Assembly: GCA_963823665.1 (NCBI GenBank)
Contig: CAWGMQ010000010.1
Span: 512,001-576,000, forward strand
Direction: 5' to 3'
DNA length: 64,000 bases
Source of the DNA: an uncultured Planctomycetota bacterium
Lineage (GTDB): Bacteria; Planctomycetota; Planctomycetia; Isosphaerales; Isosphaeraceae
Shown here in pieces: positions 53,068 to 63,997 of the stretch. Under the pieces are notes generated by a model. It was given only the letters and a program-made list of their open reading frames with translations, did no database searches and had not been told where the DNA came from. A program made the translations under genes and the position numbers. The first letter of the stretch is position 1. Each line of letters opens with the position of its first letter.

Positions 53068-54387
53068 TCAATCGTGCGGATAATTCTCCAGCGACCGCGC
53101 CAGCCGCTGAAAATCCGACCCCGGCTGAATCAGCCGGATGTAAGTCAAGAGCGTCGCCGGCTCGATCAGCGTATCAAACGGGACATAATTCAAATTGAGC
53201 TGGCCCGAGACCGACACCAGCACGCCGTCACAGTGGTTCTCGACCAGCGCGCGATACGCTCCCACCCCGAGCTGGCTCCCCAGGATCACATCAAACGCAT
53301 GGGGCAGTGCGCATCGCGCCTCATAACCGAGCTGCAATCCGGTGACCCGCCGTTTCTTGCCCTGGCGCCGGGCGTACTCAGCTTCAACCAGCTTGGTCAT
53401 GTTTCGGGCAAGCTCGGTCTGCGACAGCGAGATATTCCCGTGGTCGTCAAACGTCACCCCTTCGAGATACTTGGCCGGCATGAACTGGGCGAGCCCCTCC
53501 GCCAGCACGATCACGCCGAATTCCTTGCCGTCCTTCTCGCGGGCGATCATCACGTCGACGATCATGCCGACAATCGCGTCCAGGTTCATGATCCGCCGCG
53601 TGCTCGACGCCTGGGTCTTGGGATCAGTGACCGTTTCCGTGGTCTCAAAGTCGCCGACTAAGTCTTCGACCGAAAGCACCAGGCTGGCCTCGCCGGCAAT
53701 CGCTGCGCCGTAAGCGAGCCAGCCAGCGCTTCGCCCCATGGTTTCGACCAGGAAGAACATGCGGCCGGCCTCCGCGTCCGCAAGCAGATTGCGGATCTCG
53801 CTCGCCAGCGTCTCGACCGCGGTGAAATACCCGAACGTGAAGTCGATCCCTCGGTAATCGTTGTCGATCGTCTTGGGCACATGCACCACCGCGATCCGTC
53901 GTTCATTCGGCGGCAGAAACTCCTGAAAACGCTTGAATTTGTTAGCCGATTTGAGGGTGTCATCACCCCCGATCGAGATGAGCGCGTCGACATCCAGCGA
54001 CGCAAGCGCGCGATGCACCTTGCGAAGCTGCGCAGTCCGTTCGGGGTCGGCCAGGTGTGCCGGCTCGGTGACGTCCTTGCCGGGATTGGCGCGCGACGTG
54101 CCGATCAGAATGCCGCGCGTGTTGCGAGTGCGTTTGAGGTTGGTCTGGTCCAGGACGACGTAGTCTTCGCCTTCCCGCATCGGACGGTCGTCGCCGAATT
54201 CGATCAGGTGAGCGTACCCATGCAAAATGCCCAGCACCCCGATTCCATGCCGCCGGAACGAGGCCGCCGCCGTGGAAATGACCGCATTCGCCGCCGGCGC
54301 CGGCCCCCCCGCAAACAGGATCGCCACCCGACCGATCGAGCCGGGAACGCGCGACGAAGTCGACGGAGCGTGTTCTGATAAGCTCAT
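53068..54387 (-). CDS. 6-phosphofructokinase, probably PPi-dependent
   Basis: GGPAP, GGDD, PKTIDND, MGRSAG and LGYEAR motifs. Confidence 0.93.
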   Translation of the reverse strand: MSLSEHAPSTSSRVPGSIGRVAILFAGGPAPAANAVISTAAASFRRHGIGVLGILHGYAHLIEFGDDRPMREGEDYVVLDQTNLKRTRNTRGILIGTSRANPGKDVTEPAHLADPERTAQLRKVHRALASLDVDALISIGGDDTLKSANKFKRFQEFLPPNERRIAVVHVPKTIDNDYRGIDFTFGYFTAVETLASEIRNLLADAEAGRMFFLVETMGRSAGWLAYGAAIAGEASLVLSVEDLVGDFETTETVTDPKTQASSTRRIMNLDAIVGMIVDVMIAREKDGKEFGVIVLAEGLAQFMPAKYLEGVTFDDHGNISLSQTELARNMTKLVEAEYARRQGKKRRVTGLQLGYEARCALPHAFDVILGSQLGVGAYRALVENHCDGVLVSVSGQLNLNYVPFDTLIEPATLLTYIRLIQPGSDFQRLARSLENYPHD

Positions 54388-54584
54388 GACTGTCTCCAAA
54401 CCGTTCGGACTTTTATTGACTGAACCAATTCATTCAGACATTAACCGCGATTGGAGATCGGGACAATGTTTCTTCAGCGCCAGTGTCCCCAGAGTCGCCT
54501 TTCGCTCCGCGAAAGTGCGTTCTTCCCTTGGCGGATTGCGCGGCGCCAATGCCGGCAATTTGCTCGATCGCGCATTTCCCGCGC

Positions 54585-57315
54585 TCAAAACGAATCAGCC
54601 GAGATCACCTCGCCCGCCGCCCGCGTGATGAGCCCCCGTAGCACCACGACCGAGACGTTGCTTCGAATGAATCGCACCGAGCCGTCGCACAACAGCGCGT
54701 GAAAGCCCCCCTCCGCATGCCCGCCCAGCGTTGGGGGCATCGCTTTGAGCTTCTCGAGATTGGGAGTCGGACCGTCATCAAACGGAAGATCGGTCCCGGG
54801 CTTGGTCCACGGCACGCTTTCCCTCGCTTCCACCAGAAGGATCGTACTCGACGTCCCGTCCATGATGTCGGCCATGGCGACACCCTCGCCTGCTTCCGCG
54901 TCAAACATCGCACCCGCTCCCGAAAACCCGCGGTAGAAAGTCTGACCGGCCTCGGTCTCATCCGCGTCGGGGTCGCCGAAGACCTGCGGCATCCGCGCAA
55001 CCAAGCCCTTGTTGTGCGGGCTGTCCCACGGCTCGTCCTGGTGAAACTCCTTGAAAAGCTCACCCTGGCCCAGGAACGGCAGAATCGCGACCCTCCAGCT
55101 CAGGAGCGCCTTGCCGTCCTTGCCCCGAATATCGGTAGGGAAGTGCCCATTAACGTCGTGAAAATTGTGAAACGCGAGGCCCATTTCCTTCAATTTGTTG
55201 ATCGCGCGAGCCCGGTCGCTGGCCACCATGGCGCTCCGGATTGCGGGCACAAGCGCCGCCAGGCCCGCGGGCACCGCCGTCGACGGGTTGAAGGTCGGAA
55301 TCGCCTCGCGCGAAATAAACCGGATGCCCGTGTCGTCGACAGCGAGCGCGTGCACCGAAGGAAACAGGAACGGCCGCAGATCATCGGGGTCCGGAACCAG
55401 CTCCGCATCCCACGGTGGCAACGATTGACGAGCACGAGCAACCCCCCCAACAGGCCCCACCGTCGGAGGAAGCGGAGGAATCGGGGCCTGTATCGTGAAA
55501 CCTGACCCCGTTATGAAAGGTGGAAACGACATGAATATGTTATTACCAATCATCGATTCCGCAAATCCCGGTAACCCGGCGACCAGCTCCGGATACACCG
55601 AATTCGCCGTGTCAAGGACGCTGAGCATCGTCAGGTCCCTGGGCAGCCAGTCGAGCTTGACGGCGGCCAGTGGATCACCGTGCGGCGGGCCGCCGCGCCC
55701 TTCCGTTTCCGCCAGCACAATCGCCCGCCGCGCGACGGCCGGACTCGAGGCCAGCGCCAGCGTGCGCTTGCCCAGGAGCAATGTGGGACGCAATCCGCTC
55801 GAGATTGGAATATCGCCCCCGGCGAACGACATCACGTAACCTGTCTCGCCGCTCTTCAGTCGCTGGATCGCGCCCATGGAGAGCCCGTCCATCAAATCCG
55901 GCATCGCGCAGGCCGTCGTTGGCGCGATCGACCAGCTTCTCGAGCGGCTTCACCAGCGCGTCACGATTCTTGACCTCGGCCACCAGTACCATCTTGGGCG
56001 CCCGGAACAGTCCCAGCGCGACACTCTCCAGAACGTGGGAGGGCCCGTTCACCTTCGTCGCGACGTTGTAGAACGTGAATCTCGTGCCCAGGTGCGCCAG
56101 GACTTCGTCCTCGAGCGAAACGCCCAGAAGCCGCCGCAGCGCCGTCGCAACATCATCGGCTGCGGGCGGCTCCGGGTGGCCCGAAGACGTGACGGCCGCG
56201 GCCAGCAGCATCCGCAGCCGAACCGCGAGCGCGGATAGGTCGAGCGAGACGACGGTGAAATCCGCCAGCCCGCCCGGTAAGGGCGGCAGGTTTCGCAAAT
56301 CAAGCCTCGGCTGATCGAAGAGCGTCAGCATGCCCCGTCGCGGTGCAGGCGCTTGGGCGCCCACGATCGAGAAAATCGCATCGCCGTGAAAACCCCAGCG
56401 ATACTCAAATCGCTTGATGCCGTCGAGCCCCAGACTCACGGCTTCCTTGGGCAACGGCGGCAGCGCCGCCATGTCGAAGAACGCCACACCCACCGCCTCG
56501 AACCCCGGTGCATCTTTGCTCTCAACAAGTGCCTGACGCGCGGGATGCGCCACGGCACTCGGGACCCGCCCCTCAATCGCGTCGATCATGGCAGGAGAGC
56601 CCTCGGGCGAGACCAGGCACAAGACCAGATCGTCTCCCTCGAACCACCACTCGACATTTCGCCCTCCTCTCGCGCCGACCTGATGAACCGTCCGCCCACC
56701 CGGCTTTTGCAGGCCCTGCACCTTGGAACGTGGGCCGGCATCCGCTCGCAGCATGCGTTCCACCAGCGCACGAATCTCGCCCTTCGCCCCATCCCTGATC
56801 ACCATCCCGAAGCACCTCGGCGGGCCCGTGCCCCCGGCCCGGTTGATCCCCACCGCAAACCCCCGCAGGAAAAGGTGCCACACCAGCTCGGTCAGCTCGC
56901 GTCCATCGAAGTTGCTCGAAACGTCAGCGTGCTCGCGCAACAAGGCCGCGAAGATTCTCGGCAGTGCCGCGCGATACATCTCGCCCGTGGTCGTTTCGTT
57001 CAACAGCCGGTATGCCGCCGTTTTTTGCCAGCCCTCACGGTGGCCCTCCAGACCGTCGAATTCGACGTAAGCCACCAGGTCCTGACTCGGAAAATAACGC
57101 GCAAGCGGAGGGAGCTTCACCACGCCGGCGGCGTTCTGGGCGTTGGCCCCACGCGGATATCCCACCCCCAAGCTGATCGCCAGGGCAAGGAGCGCGATGA
57201 AGCGCCAACGGGACTCACCCCCAGGGCATCGCGGCGGCGACCAGCCCACGCCGTCGCCCATGACGAATCGGACTTCCGCGTCCCGAAGCGTATACTGCGA
57301 AACAACGTTGCTCAT
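54585..57315 (-). CDS. Large protein with C-terminal DUF1559 domain, frameshift near 55900
   Basis: NKLKEMGLAFHNF, LSWRVAILPFL, EPWDSPHN and HAEGGFHALLCDGSV. Confidence 0.85.
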
Positions 57316-57428
57316 GCGCGCACACCGTCCCTTGCAATTCCCAAGGCGTTGATCGAAATCCCTTTCCCCCCCTTTGAAAGGGGGGCAGGGGGGGTGCATT
57401 CCGGCCGCCGTCGTCACAAAGCCACGCA

Positions 57429-59300
57429 CTACCTATTGTTCATGGCGACTTGCTCGCCTGCCGCCGGCGCAGCCAGTGACTTCAAAAACGCCTCGAGCTG
57501 CTGCCGTTCCTTGGCCGTGAGTTTGAAGAAACTTTGACTGATCCGCGTCGACTCACCGCCGTGCATCGCGACCGCCTGGTCAAGCGTCTTGGCGCGACCA
57601 TCGTGCAAATAGGGCGCGGAGTCGCGGAATCCCCACAGCGGAGGCGTCCGCCACTCGAACCGCGAGGCCGGCCCGCTCGTAGGCCGCTTGATCGCCTGCG
57701 CGCCCATTTGCATCATGCCGCCCCCAAGCTGTATTGCGAACGGCGAGGCTGATTGCACGGTCACCGTCACCGGGAGTTGCGGCGTGGTCGGTCCGCCCGC
57801 AACGGCCGGCGTATCCGCGGTCGGAGGCGGCGGCACGCTCGGCGTCGCCTGCGCAACCGCAGTCGTCGCTGTATCGCCGACGAAAACGACGGAGGCGCTC
57901 CCCGCTGCCGTCGGAGCAACGGCGGAAACCCCCTGTTGTGGTCCCATCGGCAGAGTCCCGTCGGCGACGGTCCCAGGTTCATCCACAACCTCGTCCTCGG
58001 ATGAGCTCGGATCAAAAACACCGTACTGGCCCACGTCACCCAGCGCCGGTCCCATGTCGTGGATCAAGAGGTCGCTATACAGTCCGTCTACCTCGCCCAG
58101 CTTGGGCGTGTGGCACGTCGCGCAGCCGACTTTGGCAAACACCGCGCGCCCCGCCTCGATCTCGCTCGCTTCGCGATCGGTCTCGGGCTTCCGCTGCGAT
58201 GGCCGCGGCAGGTCGGCGACATACGCCACCAGCGAGGCACATTCCTCCCCATTCAAGTCGAGCCCCTTGGGCCGGGCCTCCGGATGCGCGGGCAATCCCC
58301 CCTGGTGATGGTCGGGTACGTCAAGTCCCAGCTCGACCGCACAAGCCGTCAGCACGAAGTCAGAGAGCGAAGCAGTCTGCGATTTCCAGCCGAACCGTCC
58401 GACTCGTTTGTCCTTGAGCCGGCTCACCCGCCCGGCGATCTCCGCAAAGCCGGGATGCTTCACCCTGGCGGCGGCTTCAATGTCGGCATCGCTGATCGTG
58501 TCGATCAAGCCAGCGCCGAAGAGCGCCGTCGGGTTGCGCTGCGACCGCGTGATCGCGAACGGCCCGATCTGGTTCTGAATCGGCATGTTCTCGAAGTTCA
58601 TGGCAAGCTGGGCGAAAGCCATGTCGCCACCGCCCATGCCCGACGGGGCCTGCGGGATGCCCGGAAGCCCCACGAACCCCTGGCGCCACTGCTGGTAACT
58701 TGCGTCGGTGCTGAAGTGGTGCAGCACGATGCTCCGCGCCGTCCGAAAACCAGGGTGGGCTTTCACCAGCTCGGTGGTGTCAACCTTGGGACGCGCCGGC
58801 TTGGCCGCCTCGGCCGCACCCGCGGGTGCCCCAGGCGCAGCAGCCGGTGCCGGTTTGTCGAGCCCGATCAGCGATCGCAGCGCCCTCTCAATGAACCCGC
58901 GTGGTCGCTCCGCCTGGTCCGCCTGCAGCTCGGGGCTCGGTCCATTTGGTGTGGCAGTAATAATATCAACATTTTTTCCGGTCGACCCGGCTCCTCCGGT
59001 CCCGCCCTGGTTGTGGCACGCGACGCACGAGCTGTCGTTGTAAACCGGCCCCAGCCCGTCGCCGCCGTGGGTGCGCGAGTCACCCGGCTGCCACTCCCGC
59101 TCGAAAAGGGCGCGTCCCTTGGCAACGGCCTTTGAATCCGGCTTCTTGCCGGGGTCGCCCCCCGCGAAAAGCGCAGGCGCAATCGTCGCGCTCGCAACCA
59201 GAATTCCGAGAATTCCAGCCAGCATCGAGCCGACAGGCGAGGTCTTCCACTTCCGGCTGCGGACCAGACCATTCCGTGGCATCGCGGTCGCGTTACCCAT
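57429..59300 (-). CDS. Di-heme oxidoreductase (DHOR/DUF1111) family protein
   Basis: GDGLGPVYN..CVACH, GRFGWK, CATCH, SDLLIHDMG and WRTPPLWG..YLHDGRA. Confidence 0.9.
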   Translation of the reverse strand: MGNATAMPRNGLVRSRKWKTSPVGSMLAGILGILVASATIAPALFAGGDPGKKPDSKAVAKGRALFEREWQPGDSRTHGGDGLGPVYNDSSCVACHNQGGTGGAGSTGKNVDIITATPNGPSPELQADQAERPRGFIERALRSLIGLDKPAPAAAPGAPAGAAEAAKPARPKVDTTELVKAHPGFRTARSIVLHHFSTDASYQQWRQGFVGLPGIPQAPSGMGGGDMAFAQLAMNFENMPIQNQIGPFAITRSQRNPTALFGAGLIDTISDADIEAAARVKHPGFAEIAGRVSRLKDKRVGRFGWKSQTASLSDFVLTACAVELGLDVPDHHQGGLPAHPEARPKGLDLNGEECASLVAYVADLPRPSQRKPETDREASEIEAGRAVFAKVGCATCHTPKLGEVDGLYSDLLIHDMGPALGDVGQYGVFDPSSSEDEVVDEPGTVADGTLPMGPQQGVSAVAPTAAGSASVVFVGDTATTAVAQATPSVPPPPTADTPAVAGGPTTPQLPVTVTVQSASPFAIQLGGGMMQMGAQAIKRPTSGPASRFEWRTPPLWGFRDSAPYLHDGRAKTLDQAVAMHGGESTRISQSFFKLTAKERQQLEAFLKSLAAPAAGEQVAMNNR

Positions 59301-59517
59301 GGTGAATCCCTTTCGTTCCGATGAGATATGCCAAAGACGGGCGAACCGATAGCCTGAATGCTACATTTGTCGTGTTCCGGTCCGCAAGATATCTTGGCCA
59401 ATGCTCCGTTGCAGCACGCACACTCCGCGCGCCGCCCGCAAAGATTTGGTTGTAGCAGGCACACTCCGTGTGCCGTCCACAGAGATTTGTAGCGGGATGC
59501 CCCTCGAGACCCGTTCG

Positions 59518-60465
59518 ATGACGGAAAACCCATTCCACCGCGCGATCTATTTGACCGGCCCGACCGCCTCCGGCAAAACCGCGGTGGGCGTCGAGCTCGC
59601 GCGCAAGCTCGACGCCGAGATCATCGCTCTGGATTCGACGACTCTCTATCGCGGCATGGACATCGGCACCGCCAAGCCCACCCCGGCCGAGCGCGGCGGC
59701 ATTCCGCACCACCTGATTGACATGCTCGACCCATCGGAATCAGCCAGCGTGTCAACCTACCGCGAGTGGGCGCGCAGGGCCATCGCCGATATCGAGAGCC
59801 GGGGAAAACGCGTCCTGTTCGTGGGCGGTACGCCCATGTACTTGAAGGTGCTGCTGCGCGGCCTGTTCAGCGGCCCCGCGGCCGACCCGTCGTTGCGGCA
59901 GGCGCTCGAGCACGAAGCAGACTCGCTCGGCGAAGCCGTCCTTCACGCCCGCCTGGAATCGCTCGACCCTGCCACGGCGGCGCGCCTCGACCGCCGCGAC
60001 CGCCGCCGCGTGATCCGTGCGCTCGAAGTAATACACGTGATCGGCCAGCCCTTGTCCGCGCTCCAGCGCGAGCACGATCAACCCGCGCCGTCGTGGGTCC
60101 CCGTTTTTGCCCTCGACCTGCCTCGCCCGGCCTTGCATGAGCGAATCAACCGCCGTGTGCTGCAGTTCTTCGAGGCCGGACTTGTCGATGAGGTGCGGAC
60201 GCTGTTGCATTCTCCCCGGCCGATTTCGCCGACGGCCGCGCAGGCAATCAGCTATCGCGAAGTGATCGCGATGCTGGCCGGCGAGTCCGATCGGCCAAAC
60301 ACAATCGACCGGGTGCAAGCCCGCACGCGCCAGTTCGCGAAGCGCCAGGCCACGTGGTTTCGCGGATTGCCTGAGGTGACGTCTCTGCCGGTGACAGTCG
60401 ATGAGCAGGCAGAGTCGATCGCGAAGCAACTCGAGGCAGCCGTCCTGGACTCATCCACGCAATGA
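59518..60465 (+). CDS. miaA: tRNA dimethylallyltransferase
   Basis: GPTASGKT, DIGTAKP, PHHLID, VGGTPMY and TRQFAKRQATW. Confidence 0.97.
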   Translation: MTENPFHRAIYLTGPTASGKTAVGVELARKLDAEIIALDSTTLYRGMDIGTAKPTPAERGGIPHHLIDMLDPSESASVSTYREWARRAIADIESRGKRVLFVGGTPMYLKVLLRGLFSGPAADPSLRQALEHEADSLGEAVLHARLESLDPATAARLDRRDRRRVIRALEVIHVIGQPLSALQREHDQPAPSWVPVFALDLPRPALHERINRRVLQFFEAGLVDEVRTLLHSPRPISPTAAQAISYREVIAMLAGESDRPNTIDRVQARTRQFAKRQATWFRGLPEVTSLPVTVDEQAESIAKQLEAAVLDSSTQ

Positions 60466-60484
60466 GTTTGCCGATCGGGAACTC

Positions 60485-61765
60485 TTATCGCTCATCCGTT
60501 TCGAGCGGCGTGAGATCGAAGCCGGTTACCTTCAGACTCAAGAGAAGATCGGTCGTGCGGATCAGCTCCGAAAACACCAATCGCGGATCGACGCGAATGG
60601 ATACGCGATCGAACGGTAGGTCGGGATCACATAGCATTGACGTGAGCTCCGTTCGAAGAGCCTCGAAAGTCGCGTGCTGCACTTCGCCGATCTCGGCACA
60701 CGCGATCCGCCCTCGGTCGTCGGCGGCGATCGAAATTGGAATCGTTCGCAGGCCGGCGGGCGGGTCGTTCTTGTTTTGTCGGGTCGCTGAAGCAGCTTTG
60801 CTCTCGGCCTGTTGATCGGCGGGCGCTTCCGTGTCCGGCGACTTCAAAGCAAACCGACTGAAACCGCTCTTCCCGCTTTCGATCAAGATCTGCAGGATCT
60901 TCGCGCACGGAATCTCGCCATCAGCCCGGATGGAAATGATGGCCGGGAGGCCGCGCTTGGCATCCAATGGCATTCGGATCGCCAGTGCGCTTTGCCGGAT
61001 TTGCGCTGCCAGGCGAGTTAGTGTCGGCGCGAGGTCTATGAGACCGATCGGTTTGTTCTCAAAGGTGACCGATCCATCCCGATCGACTGTGACGGAGATG
61101 CGGTCATCGCCGGCCGGGGCTTCGATCGCGGTGCCGGCTTCCTTCGGGAGGCGATCCCGCTCGTCTGCGCGGAGTGGATCAGCACGGTTTTCTCCGGGCG
61201 CACGCTCGAAGCGGCCGATCAGGAGGGGGGCGCCGCGGCGCGAATCAACGGCTTCATAAACGATTACCTTCAGAAAGAAGCCATGGAACACGACCGGCTC
61301 GCCGTCGGATGCGTCAACCCGGAAGCCCTCGGGGAGCTCCTCGGTGACGCATGCGAATAACTCGCTTTCGCGATCGGGCGGCGTGATCCACAATTCGTAC
61401 AGTTTATCCGAAGCAACAAGCTTGGATTTGCGTGAGACAATCCCGCGCACGAATCCGCGCAGCTCCACCAGCTCGCGTCTGAAATCGTCCGGACGGTCCC
61501 AGAAATCGCGAATACCAAGATCGCGGCGAGCGTTAGCGGCGAGATCGACCGGCTTCGAGTCCCTCGCGCGCTTCAAGAGGGCGGCGTAAGCAGCGAGTTC
61601 GCTGAACGCGAGCGGTTCCTTCTCCTTCAAATGATAGAACACAACCTCGTCGCTCCCGATCCCCTGATCCGGCGCTTGCGCACGGGAAGCAGGCCGTTCC
61701 AGGGCGAGGATGAGCGACACCGTCGCGATCCATCGTAATATGCAGGGCACGCGGTGAAATCGCAT
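60485..61765 (-). CDS. Exported protein with two ExbD-like C-terminal domains
   Basis: Signal peptide; GFFLK..YE..APLLIG domain; ISIRADGEIP and VSIRVDPRLVF ExbD-like motifs. Confidence 0.6.
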   Translation of the reverse strand: MRFHRVPCILRWIATVSLILALERPASRAQAPDQGIGSDEVVFYHLKEKEPLAFSELAAYAALLKRARDSKPVDLAANARRDLGIRDFWDRPDDFRRELVELRGFVRGIVSRKSKLVASDKLYELWITPPDRESELFACVTEELPEGFRVDASDGEPVVFHGFFLKVIVYEAVDSRRGAPLLIGRFERAPGENRADPLRADERDRLPKEAGTAIEAPAGDDRISVTVDRDGSVTFENKPIGLIDLAPTLTRLAAQIRQSALAIRMPLDAKRGLPAIISIRADGEIPCAKILQILIESGKSGFSRFALKSPDTEAPADQQAESKAASATRQNKNDPPAGLRTIPISIAADDRGRIACAEIGEVQHATFEALRTELTSMLCDPDLPFDRVSIRVDPRLVFSELIRTTDLLLSLKVTGFDLTPLETDER

Positions 61766-61837
61766 GGTCTGCTCCCGCGGTTTCTCGGTCATCGATGGAG
61801 CCACGCCAATTCCGGACAAGGCGCGAAAGCTGGATGT

Positions 61838-62869
61838 CTATTCCGTGGACTGCGGCGACAAATCATTATCACGCTGCGCCCTGAGTTTCGCCAGCTCGCG
61901 CCGCGCCAGCTCGCGGACCGAATCCCTTTGAGATCGGTCCGCAAACACCCGCTCCAGCACCGGAAGCGCGACCTCCTGTTCGCCGACAACAACGAGTGCT
62001 TTCGCCGCGCCCACTCGCACTTCGGCATCGTCGTCCTGCGTCGCACTGATCAGAACGGGAATCGCGGCACGTGCTGGGGCGCCGATCACTTCAAGGGATT
62101 CAAGCGCATACCGCCGATTGGACGTCCTGTCATCCTCGCGTGTTTCAGGAGCGCCGCGACCCTGAAGGATTTCAATCATCGCAGGGACTCCCGCGCCGCC
62201 CTCTGCCCAGGCGACCAGCTTCCTTGCCGCTCGGCACCTGACAATGTTCCTTGCATCCTTGAGTGCCCCGACCAGCGCGGGGATTGCGATCTTTTTCGAC
62301 TCGTCCGTCTTGGGAACGTCTCCCAGCGCCTCGACCGCCGTGATGCGCACACGAACTTCTTCATCTTTGGTCGCTTCCGCAAGCGACGGCAGAGCCGCCG
62401 TCGACCTCATGGCGAAGCGCCATAGCGCGAAGGCGACGCTAAACCGGACGCGGGGACTGTCATCCTTCATCGATGCGATGAGAGCAGGCACGACGAGGCC
62501 AGGGTCGATGTCGTCCGCGTTCTCGGTGATTTCGGATGCCGCCTGATCTCTCGCTTCATCGTTCGGATCGTTCGTCAATGTCGCGATCCAGTTCGCCGGA
62601 CTGTCGCCAAGCAACGCGTGCCGGATCTGCGTCCGGCTCAAGTACCAACTGGACGTTCCGTCGGACCAATCCACCGTGAGCAGCGGACCAAACGGGTGAT
62701 ACCGAGTGGGGGACGGTCCGTTCATCGTGCGCGATCCATCCGACCACTTCACGAAGCTGGACATGGACGCAACCGGATGCGGCCTCATCAGCAGGGCGAT
62801 CACCACGGCTACAGCCGCGATCGCCACGAAGACAACCCAAAGCTTGAATCGCACTGGTGGCAGTCGCAC
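61838..62869 (-). CDS. HEAT repeat protein with N-terminal TM
   Basis: VPALIASMKDDSPRVR-type repeats. Confidence 0.85.
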   Translation of the reverse strand: MRLPPVRFKLWVVFVAIAAVAVVIALLMRPHPVASMSSFVKWSDGSRTMNGPSPTRYHPFGPLLTVDWSDGTSSWYLSRTQIRHALLGDSPANWIATLTNDPNDEARDQAASEITENADDIDPGLVVPALIASMKDDSPRVRFSVAFALWRFAMRSTAALPSLAEATKDEEVRVRITAVEALGDVPKTDESKKIAIPALVGALKDARNIVRCRAARKLVAWAEGGAGVPAMIEILQGRGAPETREDDRTSNRRYALESLEVIGAPARAAIPVLISATQDDDAEVRVGAAKALVVVGEQEVALPVLERVFADRSQRDSVRELARRELAKLRAQRDNDLSPQSTE

Positions 62870-63153
62870 GGCTCAGATATCCCGAGGTCCAACCGCCTTG
62901 TCTTTCGCGCAGGAAGTGGAACCCGCGCAACGACCACGCCAAACGCGATCAAACCAGCGGCAATCACGAAACTGTCGAGGCCACCGCCGCGGAAGACCAC
63001 ACCCAGGTACTCGCTCCAGGAGAGCGGCTTATCGGGATCCTGCATGGTCGCAAACGCGAATGGCAGGAGAATAAACCCCAAACCAGCGAGGATCGCGGCT
63101 GGCGCTATGACGATCCGGGTCAGAATGAAACAGATTTTGCGAATCCAGAACAC
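62809..63153 (-). CDS. Small membrane protein
   Basis: Two TM helices; 3' end overlaps the next gene. Confidence 0.5.
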   Translation of the reverse strand: MFWIRKICFILTRIVIAPAAILAGLGFILLPFAFATMQDPDKPLSWSEYLGVVFRGGGLDSFVIAAGLIAFGVVVARVPLPARKTRRLDLGISEPCDCHQCDSSFGLSSWRSRL

Positions 63154-63244
63154 CAGTCTGATCCTTTGGGTATTTTCGCTTGATTCTCCTCTTCACTGAC
63201 CACGGCGCGAAGGGCGACTTCGAATTCGACGGACCGGTATACAA

Positions 63245-63997
63245 TCACGGCGAATCAGCCTGCCCCGGTGAGTCAGGCATTACGCCACGTTTCTTTGCCC
63301 ACAGCGGTCGCTCATCGTCAGGGCATCCGTCGAACATCCGGCTGACTAAATCCCGCAGATAACTCGAATCTTTCCTTTCCAAAACCCCGTCTCGAAAGTT
63401 TCGGACCAGGCTCGGATCATTTACCGGCCATGATCGGACGGCATTCCTCGCGCAGTCGGGATACCCCGGTCCGCCCGAAAGCCTGTATATGCCACTGAAC
63501 CTCTCAACGCAAAGGCACCCGCCCAGCCAGCGTTGCAACCGAAGACGGCCGATCCGCTTGTGCGCACACGGTATGCCAAGGTCCGCAGCAACGAGGTCGA
63601 TAATCGATCTCGAATACTCGTTTCGAATGCTTCGTTGAGGGGCAATCGCGAAAAACCTGCTTTCGAAGACCGTCCTTCCGTGGCCGCAGGTGTCGCAAGT
63701 CTCCTCGATCCATTCCGATTCCACCGACGTGAACCAAACGCTCACCATAGCACTCAGGAGCACGGCCCCCCAAGCCACCGGGCCAAGAACGCGCCCTCGA
63801 AGCCCAGATCCGCCGCGAAGAACTTTCACCAGAATCCCGGCCGAGACGATCGTGATACCAAGCGGCACAAAGTCGAACGCCGATGGAAACGCAAAGCCGG
63901 CGCTGATTCTCCAGCACCAGAGTGCCAGTGGTACGGAGAGCACCGTCACCGCGATCATCATCCGCTGCACCGTGAACCGCACGCGGGGAAGTCGCAT
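63245..63997 (-). CDS. Membrane protein with MRLPRVRFT leader and Cys-rich domain
   Basis: TM helices; CDTC and CAH motifs. Confidence 0.65.
   Translation of the reverse strand: MRLPRVRFTVQRMMIAVTVLSVPLALWCWRISAGFAFPSAFDFVPLGITIVSAGILVKVLRGGSGLRGRVLGPVAWGAVLLSAMVSVWFTSVESEWIEETCDTCGHGRTVFESRFFAIAPQRSIRNEYSRSIIDLVAADLGIPCAHKRIGRLRLQRWLGGCLCVERFSGIYRLSGGPGYPDCARNAVRSWPVNDPSLVRNFRDGVLERKDSSYLRDLVSRMFDGCPDDERPLWAKKRGVMPDSPGQADSP

Noticed and set aside
52390..53661. 423-aa ABC ATPase fusion
   Set aside because: The C-terminal half is antisense read-through of pfk
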